A stretch of 64,000 bases of DNA from Octopus bimaculoides (taxonomy: Eukaryota). Location: positions 29,203,511 through 29,267,510 of the forward strand of contig NC_068983.1 of assembly GCF_001194135.2 (NCBI RefSeq), given 5' to 3'. Both the position numbers and the translations under genes were made by a program. This document shows, piece after piece, positions 12,289-25,300 of this stretch. Every line of letters starts with the position of its first letter. Position 1 is the stretch's first letter. The notes below the pieces were generated by a model that saw only the letters and a list, made by a program, of their open reading frames with translations, was not told the origin of the DNA and made no database searches.

Positions 12289-12408
12289 GGAATGATAGAT
12301 CAAATTATCATAGGTTAGTCCATGATTGTAATTTACCACCATCTCTGCCAGCTTGATCACACATTCACATAAACAAAAGATGTCCCATTGAACAGCCTCT
12401 CAGAGGAA

Positions 12409-12629
12409 TCACACCCATTGCTTTTCAGATGCTGCTACTGTGTCTTTGATCATTCGTTTTAGTTCATTATATCTTGTATTTGGTGGATACTGCTTGGAAG
12501 CTTCATAATCCTTTTTCAACCTTTCAATTATATGCTTCATGTTCCTGAAAGCCTTCTGGTAGTTTGACAAAATGTTCCTTGTGTCTTCTATGCCATTCTT
12601 CAGCATTGTCTTGTCTAATTTTTTCACCT
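12409..12629 (-). CDS. Terminal coding exon of an unassigned helical/coiled-coil protein gene
   Basis: Minus-strand pyrimidine tract + TTTTGCAG acceptor; EVKKLDKTMLKNG...RYNELKRMIKDTVAASEKQWV stop; phase 1 matches the donor at 24147. Confidence 0.8.
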
Positions 12630-13461
12630 CTGCAAAAAGCAAAGAGAAAAAAAAAGAAGTTTTAAATTTATCATGCAAATTAAAAACATTGTATTAAAAA
12701 CTAATGAATATTACACTGTGTAGCACTGTTTTTCTCCTTGGATAGTAACTGTTATTTCCTATTTGCTTACTCCTAGAAAGTAAGAAAAATGGTTAATATT
12801 TCCTTCAAACTTTTCTTTTGTCACATTTATTAAAACCCCTAAGAATCCCCCTCAACACATCGCTGTGGTACTTCCCCACTTTTCCTGCTCGTGATCAGAG
12901 ATGCACATACTGTTAGCCACTAAGGGACATGATTAAGTCCTACAACTGACAAGCAAATTTGTGGTATTCAGCAGAATATTTGTTATAACAATATTTCTGC
13001 TTCAGCAACGCAGTCCTCAATCAGTCTGAAATGTAATGGGAAAATAGATCAGTTCACAGACACGCACACAATTACATACATGGGCATAATCACAGATGCA
13101 CATACACACATACAGAAACTCACACACAAATTCATATACATACATGCATGCACATGCACACACATACATACATATGCACACAGACACATCCATGCACACA
13201 TGACCATCGTCCATCTTGCTTTTCCTGCACGGCTGTCATAGAGACTGCATGTATCTCATCTGTCTCTCTGTTGCTGCTTACTCGCAGTTAAGCTAAGACC
13301 AAGCAGACCCATTGCCAAATGGACTCTAATTATGACCATCCAACTTTTTTGTATATCTAGGACTACATTGTCCAATGTGTCCTTGCTGTTTTAAGACTGT
13401 CTTTCTTTCTCTCATGTTCTCTCTCCCTCTCTCTCTCTGCTTGTTATATACCACCTTTATT

Positions 13462-13690
13462 TTAACCCTTTAAACATTTAAACAGGCCATAACTGGTCCA
13501 AACATTCTATTTGCTTTGTGTTCAAACTGATCAGATCCAGCCTCTCAGGCCCACCCTACAATGTCATTCTAAAGATAAGCAAACACATCATAGAAATCTT
13601 GAAGTTATGAGATAATACATGATTAATTCAAAACAATGTGAATAAATAAGCATTATATTTGACAGAAGAATCTAAATACTGAAGGGTTAA
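13462..13690. mobile_element. piggyBac-type MITE
   Basis: TTAA-CCCTTT ... GAAGGG-TTAA termini; related partial copy at ~35920-36060. Confidence 0.75.
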
Positions 13691-14479
13691 TCATATCTAT
13701 CATAAATATTACCACGTGAGTCATCATTTTCATCAGGTCCATTCCCTACATGTGAGGTTGTGCCTATGCTATTAGCTAGTGCAGATCCCTAAACTTAATC
13801 CCTTGTGTCTATGTTTCCAGCTATATTTGTCCTCCATATTTAAGGATCTGTTTTTATATTACCAGCTAAATCCATCCCCAACATTTTAGACATTGTGCCT
13901 AAATTATCAGCTTTACTCATCCCTTATATTTGAAGCCATGTGTGAGCCCTCAGCTATAACCACCCCTCACACGTGCCACATTTGGTCCCTGGAGTCTGTT
14001 ATTATCTATATTTATCCCATACATTTGAACCCTAGTACCTACATTAATAATCAAGAAAACCCAGCATAAGAAAGCAGATATCCAGAATCAGTAGAGCATT
14101 AAACAAAATACTATGTGGTGTTTAGATAAATCCGGTGTTAAAATGCCACCAATGACAACCTCACCTTTCTTCCTTCCAGGTTCAATAAAATAAGTACAAG
14201 CCTGGTTTTAGGGGTTTGATATATTTGATTATACCCTTCTCCCAAAAGTGAGACCTTTATATCACCCCCCACATTCAATTGACAATGAATGGTGAAGTCA
14301 GTAGAGGGACAGGCAAAATACTCTGATTTATTTAATTATATCTTTTAATATTCTCAATCAGAACCCTACCAAAATCAAGTATACCTTTCATTCCTCCAGG
14401 GATAAAAAATAATAAGTAACAATCATGGATCAGGGGATGATTTAATTGACTACTCAACAACAACCAGATCCCTTAACTG

Positions 14480-14885
14480 ATGCAACCAGTCGTTGGGGTG
14501 CCACTCAAGATGCTTTTGTAACCAGTCCCCACCACTGGTCCCTGTTCTATATCACGTGTAGCAGGTTCACTGCATTATGACCTGTTCCATCCTTGATGTT
14601 GTCAAACCAGGATTTTCTCTGTGTGCTTCTCTTTCACCCTCCATCAACTGTGCCCTGAAGAATGGTTTTGTACAGGGAATTGTGGCAAGGATACATTACT
14701 ATAAAAGGCAAGCTTCTATCCTTTTACCTGTGCAAGGAGTGGTTCCTGTCTGCCAGTGTATTTGTTTACTTGCTGCCAGACAACATTGTTCATTTTGTGT
14801 TCTGTGTACAGGATGTATAATAGCCTTCTGAAGCAACGGTGTTCAAATGCATGGACTCTTTACTACGTGTCAGCTGTAAGAGTCT
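14480..14885 (-). mobile_element. Decayed RTE/RTE-X LINE C-terminal fragment
   Basis: TLTADT.RVHAFEHRCFRRLL...EPLLA...KTILQGTVDGG...WFDNIK with stops. Confidence 0.65.
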
Positions 14886-16619
14886 AGCTCTCACACCCAT
14901 ATAAAAGATTCAGAGTGAATCGACTACTCCCATCTCTAAAATACCTAGTTTTGTGTGTCAAGTTAGAAATCAGTATTATACCTACATGTCAAACTTTCCA
15001 AAATAAAAATCACACCCTCTTGCAGTCATATCTTAATTCAAACATCCTTCTTGGTTTTACAAATAAATATTTGTTTTACACTCCTATGAAATAATCCCAC
15101 AAAGCCAGTTAGTAATCTAATGCAACACATCACTTTAATAATTTCTCTACTCTGTACAAATATGGTGATTGCTTTTAAGTTTAGCCATTCAATCTGGAGT
15201 TTACATTCCTTATCCTGTTCTATTTAAAAAATATTCATAATACTGGTTTAACATTATTCACAGTATATATGACAGGCTTCACACAATTTCCATCATATTA
15301 TTATTTTTTTTTTATCACTTAGTTTGGAGAGAAGGGTAGTGCCTATGACCTGTTATAGGGACTGCAAGACAAGAGGGCAGAAAGGAAAGGAGGAAGGTAT
15401 CCTCAGTTCAGAGACCAGATCCAAATGCTTGCAATAGAGCAAGCTTCTTTGAGAAAAACACCCAAAGACCTAATGATGAGGTTAAACTTGTGGCATATTA
15501 CATTTCCCAACTAAGTAGATTAGTGAGAATTGCACTCAAAATGCAAAGATACGTTCCAAATACCACAAGGCATTCTGTCTGATGCTCTGGAATGATGGAA
15601 TGCAAAACTGACCTTGGCTAAATTTAAACTCAGAACCGCAAAAAAAACAAAACAATAAATACTGCAAAGCATTTTATCTAATACTCTAAAGATTCTGTCA
15701 ACTCACCACCTACAAAGCCTTCTTACTACTTAACTTACTCAGTGATTGATTAAAAACAGTAGAACCCCTCTAGTTTTATTTAATCAGGCCAACTGGAGCA
15801 AACAAAGTTAGCTGTTTCATTCATTATAGTCACAGCTTTTCTATGAGTATTTCCACTGTCGTTGCTCTGACGATCTTTCTGGTTTGGTACACTTAGTCAA
15901 CACCTTTAAACGCGCCACCTACTTCTCATCCCAGACTCATTGTGTTGAGCTTCCGATTAGTCATAAGTGTTTTTTACTCTGATAGCCGAAATACTTAAAC
16001 TGCTGTTCTCTACAACTCACTAGTATCATTTTTAGTTTTCCTCTGGCTTATGATCCTCAGTCCTTTAAGCTTTATCTTAATTAACATCTTTTGAATATGT
16101 AGGGCCCCCTTCCTTTCCTTCTTTGTACTTCCTTATGCTACAGTAGCCCCAAGCCTTGTTTTGGATTTGCTTCTGAACCACATGGTTCCAGCTTCAGTCC
16201 CACTGTGTGGCACTTTGGGCAAGTGTCTTCTACTACAGCCTCAGGCCAACCAAAGCCGTGTGAGTGGATTTAGTAGACAAAAACTGAAAGAAACCCATCG
16301 TGTGTGTGTTTGTCCTCCGTTACTGCTTGACAACCGGTGTTGGTGTGTTTACATCCCCACAACTTAGCAGTTCGGCAAAAAAGAAAAAAGATCAATAAAA
16401 TAAATACTACACTTTAAAAAAAAGTACCAGGGTCAATTCATTCGACTTAAAATTTTTCAAGTTGGTGCTCCAGTATGACCACACTTTAATGACTGAAACA
16501 AGTAAAAGATAAAAGATAACTAGCAATATTTGAACCTTGAGCATGTGGTCAGTAGTATATTTTTCGCTCACTACCATTGTGCCCGCCATAAAATAACTAA
16601 ATAATTATCAAGCCAAATA

Positions 16620-17270
16620 GCTGTCCCTAATTAAGTGGTTGCTCAACTGGTTAGAAAAAGTGACTAAAATTTCCTTCAATTCACACTTTCTTGAACAAAA
16701 AATGGGATGGCCACTGTTGGAACACCTCTGATCATTAGTCTGCTTGATCTGGGTTAATTTGTGGTTAACAACTACAAAAATTTTATATTAGTTCTGTTTC
16801 AAAACTCAACGAGAGTGACAGAGGGGGGGGGGGGGCAATATGCAGTCTCTCATTCTAGAAATAACAACTACATCATTGCTCTGAAATCACATTCTGCTGA
16901 TTTAAAAATGAGAACAATGGATAACAATTTTTGATACACTATTTGAAATAAAAATGAGATGACCACAGTTGGAACATCTCTGATCATTAGTTGACTTGAT
17001 CAGGATTAATTTGTGGTTAAAATAACAATTACAACATCTTAAATTTGTTCTGTTTCAAAACGACACCATGAGCAACAGAGGGTACTAATATACAGTCTCT
17101 CAATCTAGAGATAGCAACTACGTCATCACCCTCAAATCATATTCTACTGAGAACAATGGATAAGATAATTCTTGACACACTACTTGAAATGTGAAATAAA
17201 AATGGGATGGTCACATCTGGAATGCCTTTGATCACAGGTCTGCCTTCTGCTCACCTCAAACTAAACAATA
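16620..17270 (-). repeat. Three tandem ~250-bp units of an old dispersed repeat (family F)
   Basis: AAAAATG.GATG..CAC...TGGAA..CT.TGATCA marker at ~16697, ~16950, ~17198. Confidence 0.7.
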
Positions 17271-18997
17271 ACAATAACTGCTGTTCAGTTTGAGTCATTT
17301 AATGTAGACACCTTTGTATTCAAAAGCTATTTCCTCAAAAAAAAAAACAATGTTGCCCAAATTGATTTGTTATTTTAGACAGTAAAATGAGGCTGAAATT
17401 GTATAACTACTTAATGTAGATAGCTAGACAAGTTGTAAATTATATAGATAGAAGCATCTCAAAAGTAAAACTATTTAAATAGTGAACGATTCTGTAGCTT
17501 AGAAAGTATACACAGCTGGCTCTCTCCATATCAAATTGCCTAAAGTACGAGGATATTTTTGTAGCCCTAATATTGAAAGGTTTACAAAGCAATTATAACA
17601 AGATCTGGAATAAGAGAACATAAAACCTGAGCTGAAAGTTCTCTCTATAATAACATTCTTTCCTCAAATAGCATTTCAGAAATAAAATTCCTGGGATTGG
17701 TAGCAGAGAAAGGCTTGAAGTTTTGGTTTCTGATGAGAGTAATTAAGACAGAAGTTTTGTTGCTGATTTAGGCTCAAGGCCAGCAAATTTTGAAGGAAGT
17801 GTGTTAGCTGATTCCTTTGGCTCTTTGACCCCAAAAGGATGAAAGGCAAAGGTGACCTTAGCAGTATTTGAACTTAGACCGAAAAGAGGTGGAACATATT
17901 TTTTACCAATGCATTGCCAGGGCTGCTGGACTAGCTCCCGTGCAGGTGGCACGTAAAATACACCATTTTGAGCGTGGCCGTTGCCATTACCTCCTGAGTG
18001 GCCTTCGTGGCGGTGGCACGTAAAAGCACCCACTACACTCTCAGAGTGGTTGGCGTTAGGAAGGGCATCCAGCTGTAGAAACTCTGCCAAATCAGATTGG
18101 AGCCTGGTGTAGACATCTGGTTCACCAGTCCTCAGTCAAATCATCCAACCCATGCTAGCATGGAAAACAAGCATTAAACGATGATGATGATGATGAATAT
18201 TACCAGCTCATTGTTATATTTCACACTATGGGGTTTCCACCATATTCACCTGGAATTCAACATAATCAACCACAAATTTGTCATCACCAGTCTCAAATTT
18301 GTCATCGCCAGTCTATCATCAAATTTGTTATTGCCAGTCCATCATTCAACTTAAATGTCATCGATGTAAGATAGAGTAATTTTTTTTTTTACGGACAGAC
18401 ACTGGCACCAGTGATTAGTTATCACAAGATTGTAAAAGAACACCATTATCATTTAACATCAGTTTTCCATGCAGGTATGGGTTGGACAGTTTGAAAGGTA
18501 GCAGCAAATCAGAAGACTGCACCAACCTCTGTTGTTTGCTTTGAGATGGCTTCTGCAGGTGGATACTCTTCCTAATGCCAACCATTTTACAGACAGTATT
18601 GGGTGCTTTTTACATGGCACCAGCAGCTGTGAGATCAGGAAGTAACTTGCAGGACAAGACTCCTCAAATGGGGGTAAGTAGTATTGAGGGACAGATCAGT
18701 GTTTCACATGAGAAGAGAACTAGACTATCTCAGATGGAGAGAAAGAGATATAAACATTTGTTTTGTCAAGAATAAGTTTTGTTCAATAAAAATTGTTACA
18801 TCACACATTAACATACTGCTCGTGTGATGTGGAAACTCTTTTACAACTATCATGCAAAATCCAAGGAAAGGAGACAATAAGACATACATACACACACACA
18901 ACAGGTTTCTTTTGTTTTCTATCTATGATACTGAAGAACAACCTCAGGAAGCTGAACCTTTCAGGTGAGATCCCTGATGCCTGGCTGTACTCTAGAA

Positions 18998-19240
18998 CAG
19001 GGGTTTTCAAACTGTGGTCCGAGGACCACGGGGGCTCCCCAAGGACAAGACAGGGGGTCCGTAGACAGCAAATACTTTTTATGGGCAATTTGATTTTATA
19101 TATGTTTTTTATCGAAATCTTTTAATTGACAATAAACCTATTTGTTAAATACTGTTAAATAAATAAATGTAAAAATATATGTTATTTTAAGCAAATATTT
19201 ATGTATAAATTTCATAAGCGTTTATAAGGGGGTCCCTGCT
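18998..19240. mobile_element. hAT-like MITE, right end missing
   Basis: Starts CAGGGGTTTTCAAACTGTGGTCC; GGGGTCC subterminal motifs. Confidence 0.55.
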
Positions 19241-19289
19241 CTAGTAGACCTGTACCCCACAGCAGAAGTGTTAAGACCGATCCTTCTGG

Positions 19290-19490
19290 TGGTGTGAAGC
19301 ACTTGTGGCCATGTAAAAGCCCCCGTGTGGTACCATGTACAAGCACCTATGCAGCAACACATAAAAGTGCCTGTGCAGCATGATGGAAAAGCACCCATGT
19401 GGTGCCGTGTAAAAGCAACCATGTGGCACCATGTAAAAGTACATGTGCGACACCATGGAAAAAGTACCCGGGCAGTGCTATATAAAAGCA
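19290..19490. repeat. Degenerate ~21-bp minisatellite inside a family D SINE (mirror case at ~37310-37590)
   Basis: CCATGTAAAAGCACC-like units in tandem. Confidence 0.7.
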
Positions 19491-20205
19491 CCAAGCACAC
19501 TGTAAAGTGGTTGGCATTAGGAAAGGCATCCAGCCATAGAAACCATGCCACATCAGACTGGAGCCCCAGCAGCTCACTAGTTCTGGTTACACCATCCAAC
19601 CCATGCCAGCATGAACAATGGACGTTAAATGATGATGATGATGATGAAATCCACTCATGCAGTAGGACTGAACCCAAAACCATACATTGGGAAACAAACA
19701 TCTAACCACATAGCCACACCTGCACCTATGTCCACAATGATAAAAATGTAAGGAATAGGCACAAATGATAAGTATATATATATGACAAATGTTACAACAA
19801 AGTAAATATATAAAAATTAAACTCTTGTCAGCTGTCCCACTAAGAATGATAGTAGTTTCAATACCTCAGACAGAACTGCATACTTTAGGAGTGTCAATGA
19901 CTATTAGATACAATTCTTAGATAGCAGATACAGTGGAGATAAGACACAAAAACAAGGAAAACATGGTGTTTTAGTGACTGGGATAAAAAACAAAAGACAA
20001 CAACAGGAAAGAGATGTATGATTAAGAGTATTGACTAAAACAGACAAGAAAATCAAATCACAGATCTACTTTAAACACATACATACACATATTGTTGGCA
20101 CTCCGTCACTTACAACGTCGAGGGTTCCAGTTGATCTGATCAACGGAACAGCCTACTCGTGAAATTAACGTGCAAGTGGCTGAGCACTCCACAGACTGCG
20201 GTTGC

Positions 20206-20246
<41 letters not shown>

Positions 20247-20670
20247 CAAACCTATAATCAAAGGTATTCTAATTATGACCAGCCAGTNNNNNNNNNNNNN
20301 NNNNNNNNNNNNNNNNNNNNNNNNNNNNNNNNNNNNNNNNNNNNNNNNNNNNNNNNNNNNNNNNNNNNNNNNNNNNNNNNNNNNNNNNNNNNNNNNNNNN
20401 NNNNNNNNNNNNNNNNNNNNNNNNNNNNNNNNNNNNNNNNNNNNNNNNNNNNNNNNNNNNNNNNNNNNNNNNNNNNNNNNNNNNNNNNNNNNNNNNNNNN
20501 NNNNNNNNNNNNNNNNNNNNNNNNNNNNNNNNNNNNNNNNNNNNNNNNNNNNNNNNNNNNNNNNNNNNNNNNNNNNNNNNNNNNNNNNNNNNNNNNNNNN
20601 NNNNNNNNNNNNNNNNNNNNNNNNNNNNNNNNNNNNNNNNNNNNNNNNNNNNNNNNNNNNNNNNNNNNNN

Positions 20671-21057
20671 CATATTGTTGGCACTCCGTCACTTACAACG
20701 TCGAGGGTTCCAGTTGATCTGATCAACGGAACAGCCTACTCGTGAAATTAACGTGCAAGTGGCTGAGCACTCCACAGACATGTGTACCCTTAACATAGTT
20801 CTCGGGGATATTCAGCATGACACGGTGTGACAAGGCTTACCCTTTGAATTACAGGCACAACAGAAACAGGAAGTAAGAGTGAGAGAAAGTTGTGGTGAAA
20901 GAGTACAGCAGGGTTTGCCACCATCCCCTGCCAGAGCCTCGTGGAGCTTTAAGTGCTTTTCGCTCCATAAACACTCACAACGCCTGGTCTGGGAATTGAA
21001 ACCGCGATCCTATGACCGCGAGTCCGCTGCCCTAGCCACTGGGCCATTGTGCCTCCA
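20671..21057 (-). mobile_element. SINE family C (tRNA-derived head GGAGGCACAATGGCCCAGTGG...GGTTTCAATTCC)
   Basis: Near-identical second copy at ~38180-38545; A/B-box-like head followed by a long non-tRNA body. Confidence 0.85.
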
Positions 21058-21359
21058 CACATACACATATGCACACAATTTAACTTACAGCAGCAGCAGT
21101 GTTGTTTATATGTTGTTCTGTACTGAAGTAATTCAATAGAAAAACGCTGAATTGACATATGTATAGAAAGAACTAACATCAGCAGTTCCGCCCACCACTG
21201 CTGCCAAGGGCTTTAAATAAACTAGTATATTCTTTCAAGCTCTCAATGTCCTCATTCTACTTGCCTTCTTCTTTCTCTCTCTCTCTCACACACACTTGCC
21301 TGCTCATACATTTCATCTGAAGAAATACAAACTATGTAAGGAAACTGATGGCAGATGGC

Positions 21360-22775
21360 ATTATTTATTTATCATCTTCCATGAAGAAAATTACGGAGAT
21401 GTACTTGCATAGCAAGTGACCTGAACTGAGATCGTGTGCTGGAACGAAAACAATTGCAGCGTGGAAGGTGTTTATAAGCCATTTAAAATAACACACAAAA
21501 GCCGTCAGATTCACTTCAACATTTAAATTTAATTTGTCAAAGTATTTTCGTCGCTTTGAGACCGCGACCTGTTCACTGACAAAATTGTGCAGCACAATTT
21601 TGTCAGTGTGGCACTTTTTCAGGCAGCTATCCTCATCCATTCTCACCACATGTCCATACCAGCGCAATCGTCTCTCTTGCACACCACAACTGATGCTTCT
21701 AATGTTCAGCTTTTCTCTCAAGATACTTACACTCTGACGGGTATTCACNNNNNNNNNNNNNNNNNNNNNNNNNNNNNNNNNNNNNNNNNNNNNNNNNNNN
21801 NNNNNNNNNNNNNNNNNNNNNNNNNNNNNNNNNNNNNNNNNNNNNNNNNNNNNNNNNNNNNNNNNNNNNNNNNNNNNNNNNNNNNNNNNNNNNNNNNNNN
21901 NNNNNNNNNNNNNNNNNNNNNNNNNNNNNNNNNNNNNNNNNNNNNNNNNNNNNNNNNNNNNNNNNNNNNNNNNNNNNNNNNNNNNNNNNNNNNNNNNNNN
22001 NNNNNNNNNNNNNNNNNNNNNNNNNNNNNNNNNNNNNNNNNNNNNNNNNNNNNNNNNNNNNNNNNNNNNNNNNNNNNNNNNNNNNNNNNNNNNNNNNNNN
22101 NNNNNNNNNNNNNNNNNNNNNNNNNNNNNNNNNNNNNNNNNNNNNNNNNNNNNNNNNNNNNNNNNNNNNNNNNNNNNNNNNNNNNNNNNNNNNNNNNNNN
22201 NNNNNNNNNNNNNNNNNNNNNNNNNNNNNNNNNNNNNNNNNNNNNNNNNNNNNNNNNNNNNNNNNNNNNNNNNNNNNNNNNNNNNNNNNNNNNNNNNNNN
22301 NNNNNNNNNNNNNNNNNNNNNNNNNNNNNNNNNNNNNNNNNNNNNNNNNNNNNNNNNNNNNNNNNNNNNNNNNNNNNNNNNNNNNNNNNNNNNNNNNNNN
22401 NNNNNNNNNNNNNNNNNNNNNNNNNNNNNNNNNNNNNNNNNNNNNNNNNNNNNNNNNNNNNNNNNNNNNNNNNNNNNNNNAAATATGGCATCAGTAGTGC
22501 TTTTACCTGGCACGAACCCAAACTGTATCTCATCTAAATTGATTCGCTCCCTAATTAGTTGGGCTATGACCCTCTCTGTAACTTTCATAACCTGATCTAA
22601 CAGCTTGATGCCTCTGTAATTATTTGTATCTAAAGCGTCACCTTTACCTTTGTAGCAGTTGACTATGGTGCTGCTACACCAGTCATTGGGTATGACTCCT
22701 TCGTGTAACACCTGGTTCGTAATACGGGTGACTAGGCTGTAGCCAACACTGCCAGATATTTTGAGCATCTCTGCA

Positions 22776-22777
<2 letters not shown>
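21360..22777 (-). mobile_element. 5'-truncated RTE-clade LINE (reverse transcriptase fragment), interrupted by an N-gap
   Basis: EMLK...IPNDWCSSTIVNCYKGKGDALDTNNYRGIKLL...QFGFVPGKSTTDAIF and RRLRWYGHVVRM are typical RTE RT motifs; short (TAAA)n tail. Confidence 0.92.
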
Positions 22778-22816
<39 letters not shown>

Positions 22817-22910
22817 GCATATACATACATATATATATCTACATACATATATATGTATATATACATACATATACAAACATATATATATCTACATACATAT
22901 ATATGTATAT

Positions 22911-22941
<31 letters not shown>

Positions 22942-22958
22942 CATACATATATATATAT

Positions 22959-22989
<31 letters not shown>

Positions 22990-23137
22990 CATACANNNNN
23001 NNNNNNNNNNNNNNNNNNNNNNNNNNNNNNNNNNNNNNNNNNNNNNNNNNNNNNNNNNNNNNNNNNNNNNNNNNNNNNNNNNNNNNNNNNNNNNNNNNNN
23101 NNNNNNNNNNNNNNNNNNNNNNNNNNNNNNNNNNNNN

Positions 23138-23176
<39 letters not shown>

Positions 23177-23370
23177 CATACCTACATATATATACATACA
23201 TATATATATTTATATACATACATACATGCGTATATGAGGACTTATATTCTTTTGGCATTTTGTCCTGTACTCATCTCTCGTGTGTATATATATACATACA
23301 TGCATATAAATATATACATATATATATATATATACATACATACATGCACATATATACACATACATATATC
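22778..23370. repeat. Compound (TA)n/(TACA)n microsatellite spanning a gap; similar tracts at 31.1-31.9, 39.7, 40.1-40.2, 59.7, 60.0-60.15 and 63.55-63.78 kb
   Basis: Direct inspection. Confidence 0.9.
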
Positions 23371-24146
23371 ATCAATCAGTTCATTCAGCTTTGACCTGGC
23401 CTGACAAAACAAATAACCTGTGTCTTTTGTTTACTAACTTCTTCTGGCCATCCTCTAAGATGATACTTGTATGAGTCAGTGAAGGAATCTCTATTTGGTC
23501 ATTTGACTAGCTAGAAATGCCAGTTACATATCTCTTAAACTGTATCCTACTGTCTTAACAACCAAAAAAAAAAGAAAAAAATACAAGTCAGGTAAAAGAA
23601 GTCAAGGAAGTATGTGTGTGTATGTGTATGTATATGTATAATATAAAAATATACTTGTGTATGTGTGTATGTATGGTGTGTGTGTATGTATGTGTGTAAT
23701 ATACAAATATACATATGTACACACACACATATTTGTATATTACACATATACATACACACATCATTTAATCGTTTAAAGTGGACATTAAACGATTAAATGG
23801 TGTGTGCATGTATATGTGTAATATACAAATGTGTGTGTGTGTCCCACCCTGTAACTTGTTTTTACTGGATACTACTTGACAATCAGCATGTGTTTATGTC
23901 CCATAACTTAATGATTCAGCAAAATAGAAGCCAGCAGAATAAGTAAGACTTCTAAAACCCTACAGCGCAGTGCTCCAGCATGGCCGCAGTCCAGTAATTG
24001 GGTCAAGTAAACCAGTGAAAGAGCAACGGGCACAAAACAGCAATATGTCTGCTTGACCAGCATTAACCTGGGACCAAACAACAACAACAAAAGGAAACAC
24101 AAAAAATCAAAGCCCTGACAGTAAACAATGAAAATGAAATGCTCAC

Positions 24147-24514
24147 CTGTTGGAATAAAAGTAATTGCATTAATCTGTACGTTTTTGTCTGCTATTTCCG
24201 AGGACTTTCCAGCAAACTCTGCACAGCGCTGCAACAGACCACCAGTGATACTCGAAGATCTTTGTGAACCTTCATGCGATTCCCTTTTGACACATTCTTG
24301 AAGGAAAAGTATGTTTTTATCATCAATGGTTGCTTTTATAATGTTTTTCAACTGGTTGTATCTCATAACGCTTCCCTTCGATCGTTGATAAGAAGTATCT
24401 AAGTTTTTTATAATATCGCAGAGTTTCAGCTTTTTGCTATCAGCATCTTTCAATTTCCTTTGCATCAACATGTACTCCTTCTGTAGTTGTTCTTTCCCAG
24501 TCATTTCGTTCAAA
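24147..24514 (-). CDS. Internal coding exon of the same unassigned gene
   Basis: TTTTAG acceptor (exon starts 24514), open frame LNEMTGKEQLQKEY...NAITFIPT, canonical G|GTGAGC donor; G+AG gives Glu across the junction to 12629; carries a repeat homologous to the terminal exon. Confidence 0.82.
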
Positions 24515-24844
24515 CTAAAATAGAGATAAAAATAGCTTGTTTAATTATCATTAACAAGTTGGCTCCCAAGCCTCATTTTACATTTTATCCCAGGGTCCCA
24601 ATACGATATCATAATTAATTTTGACATGAGCGGCATAAAATTCTTACACTATACCATATGTGAGGCAAGAATCACATACGTAATGATAGAAACCCACATC
24701 CCACAAGAGGGTCGTGTGGTACCCTAGTTCATCTCACATCCTAGATACCACAAAACTTACCCATGGTCAATTTAAAATTTTGGGTATTTCTATTGGAAGA
24801 TTTTAAAATCTTTTCAAAAAGAACTATTTTGGTTTCCAAAGATC

Positions 24845-25300
24845 TAAACTCTCCTTGCGAAGACCTGTTGGGGCAAGTGAAAGCGAAATCGTAATTGAAC
24901 CATACTCAATGACTGGCACCTGTGCCAGTGGAGCACTAACAGCACTGTCCAAGCGTATTCATTGCCAGAACAACTGTCTGGCTTCTGTGCTAGTGGCCCG
25001 TAAATAGCACCATTTGAGCGTAATCATTACCAGCATTGCCTTCTAGCACTTGTGCTGGTGGCACGTTAGAAAATTATCCGAGCGAGGTCGTTGCCAGTGC
25101 CGCTGGACTGGCTCCTGTGCAGGTGGCACGTAAAAAACACCTTTTTGAGCATGGTCGTTGGCAGTACCATGTGACTGGCCCTCGTGCCGGTGGCACGTAA
25201 AAGCACCCACTACACTCTCGGAGTGGTTGGCGTTAAGGGCATCCAGCTGTAGAAACTCTGCCAGATCAGATGGAGCCTGGTGCAGCCTTCTGGCTTGCCT
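24845..25300 (+). mobile_element. SINE family D (RTE-like (GAT)n tail, internal GGTGGCACGTAAAA minisatellite)
   Basis: Recurs at ~17925-18195, 18450-18660, 19270-19650, 29110-29600, 30975-31140, 37235-37720, 44980-45100. Confidence 0.8.

Noticed and set aside
19222-19705. His/Cys-rich ORFs and a regularly spaced repeat that superficially resembles a CRISPR array
   Set aside because: Degenerate minisatellite inside a SINE; no constant repeat with unique spacers, no cas genes, eukaryotic context.
20980-21057. tRNA-like sequence (also ~38470-38545, 33570-33645 and family A heads)
   Set aside because: Continues into a multicopy SINE body and lacks a proper acceptor stem; SINE head, not a tRNA gene.
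23908-24146. C-terminal part of the 201-aa ORF (GEHFIFIVYC...LLNH)
   Set aside because: Lies past a canonical GTGAGC donor and runs into a SINE fragment; intronic read-through. The same applies to 534-602, 2776-2909, 4896-4927 and 12630-12678.
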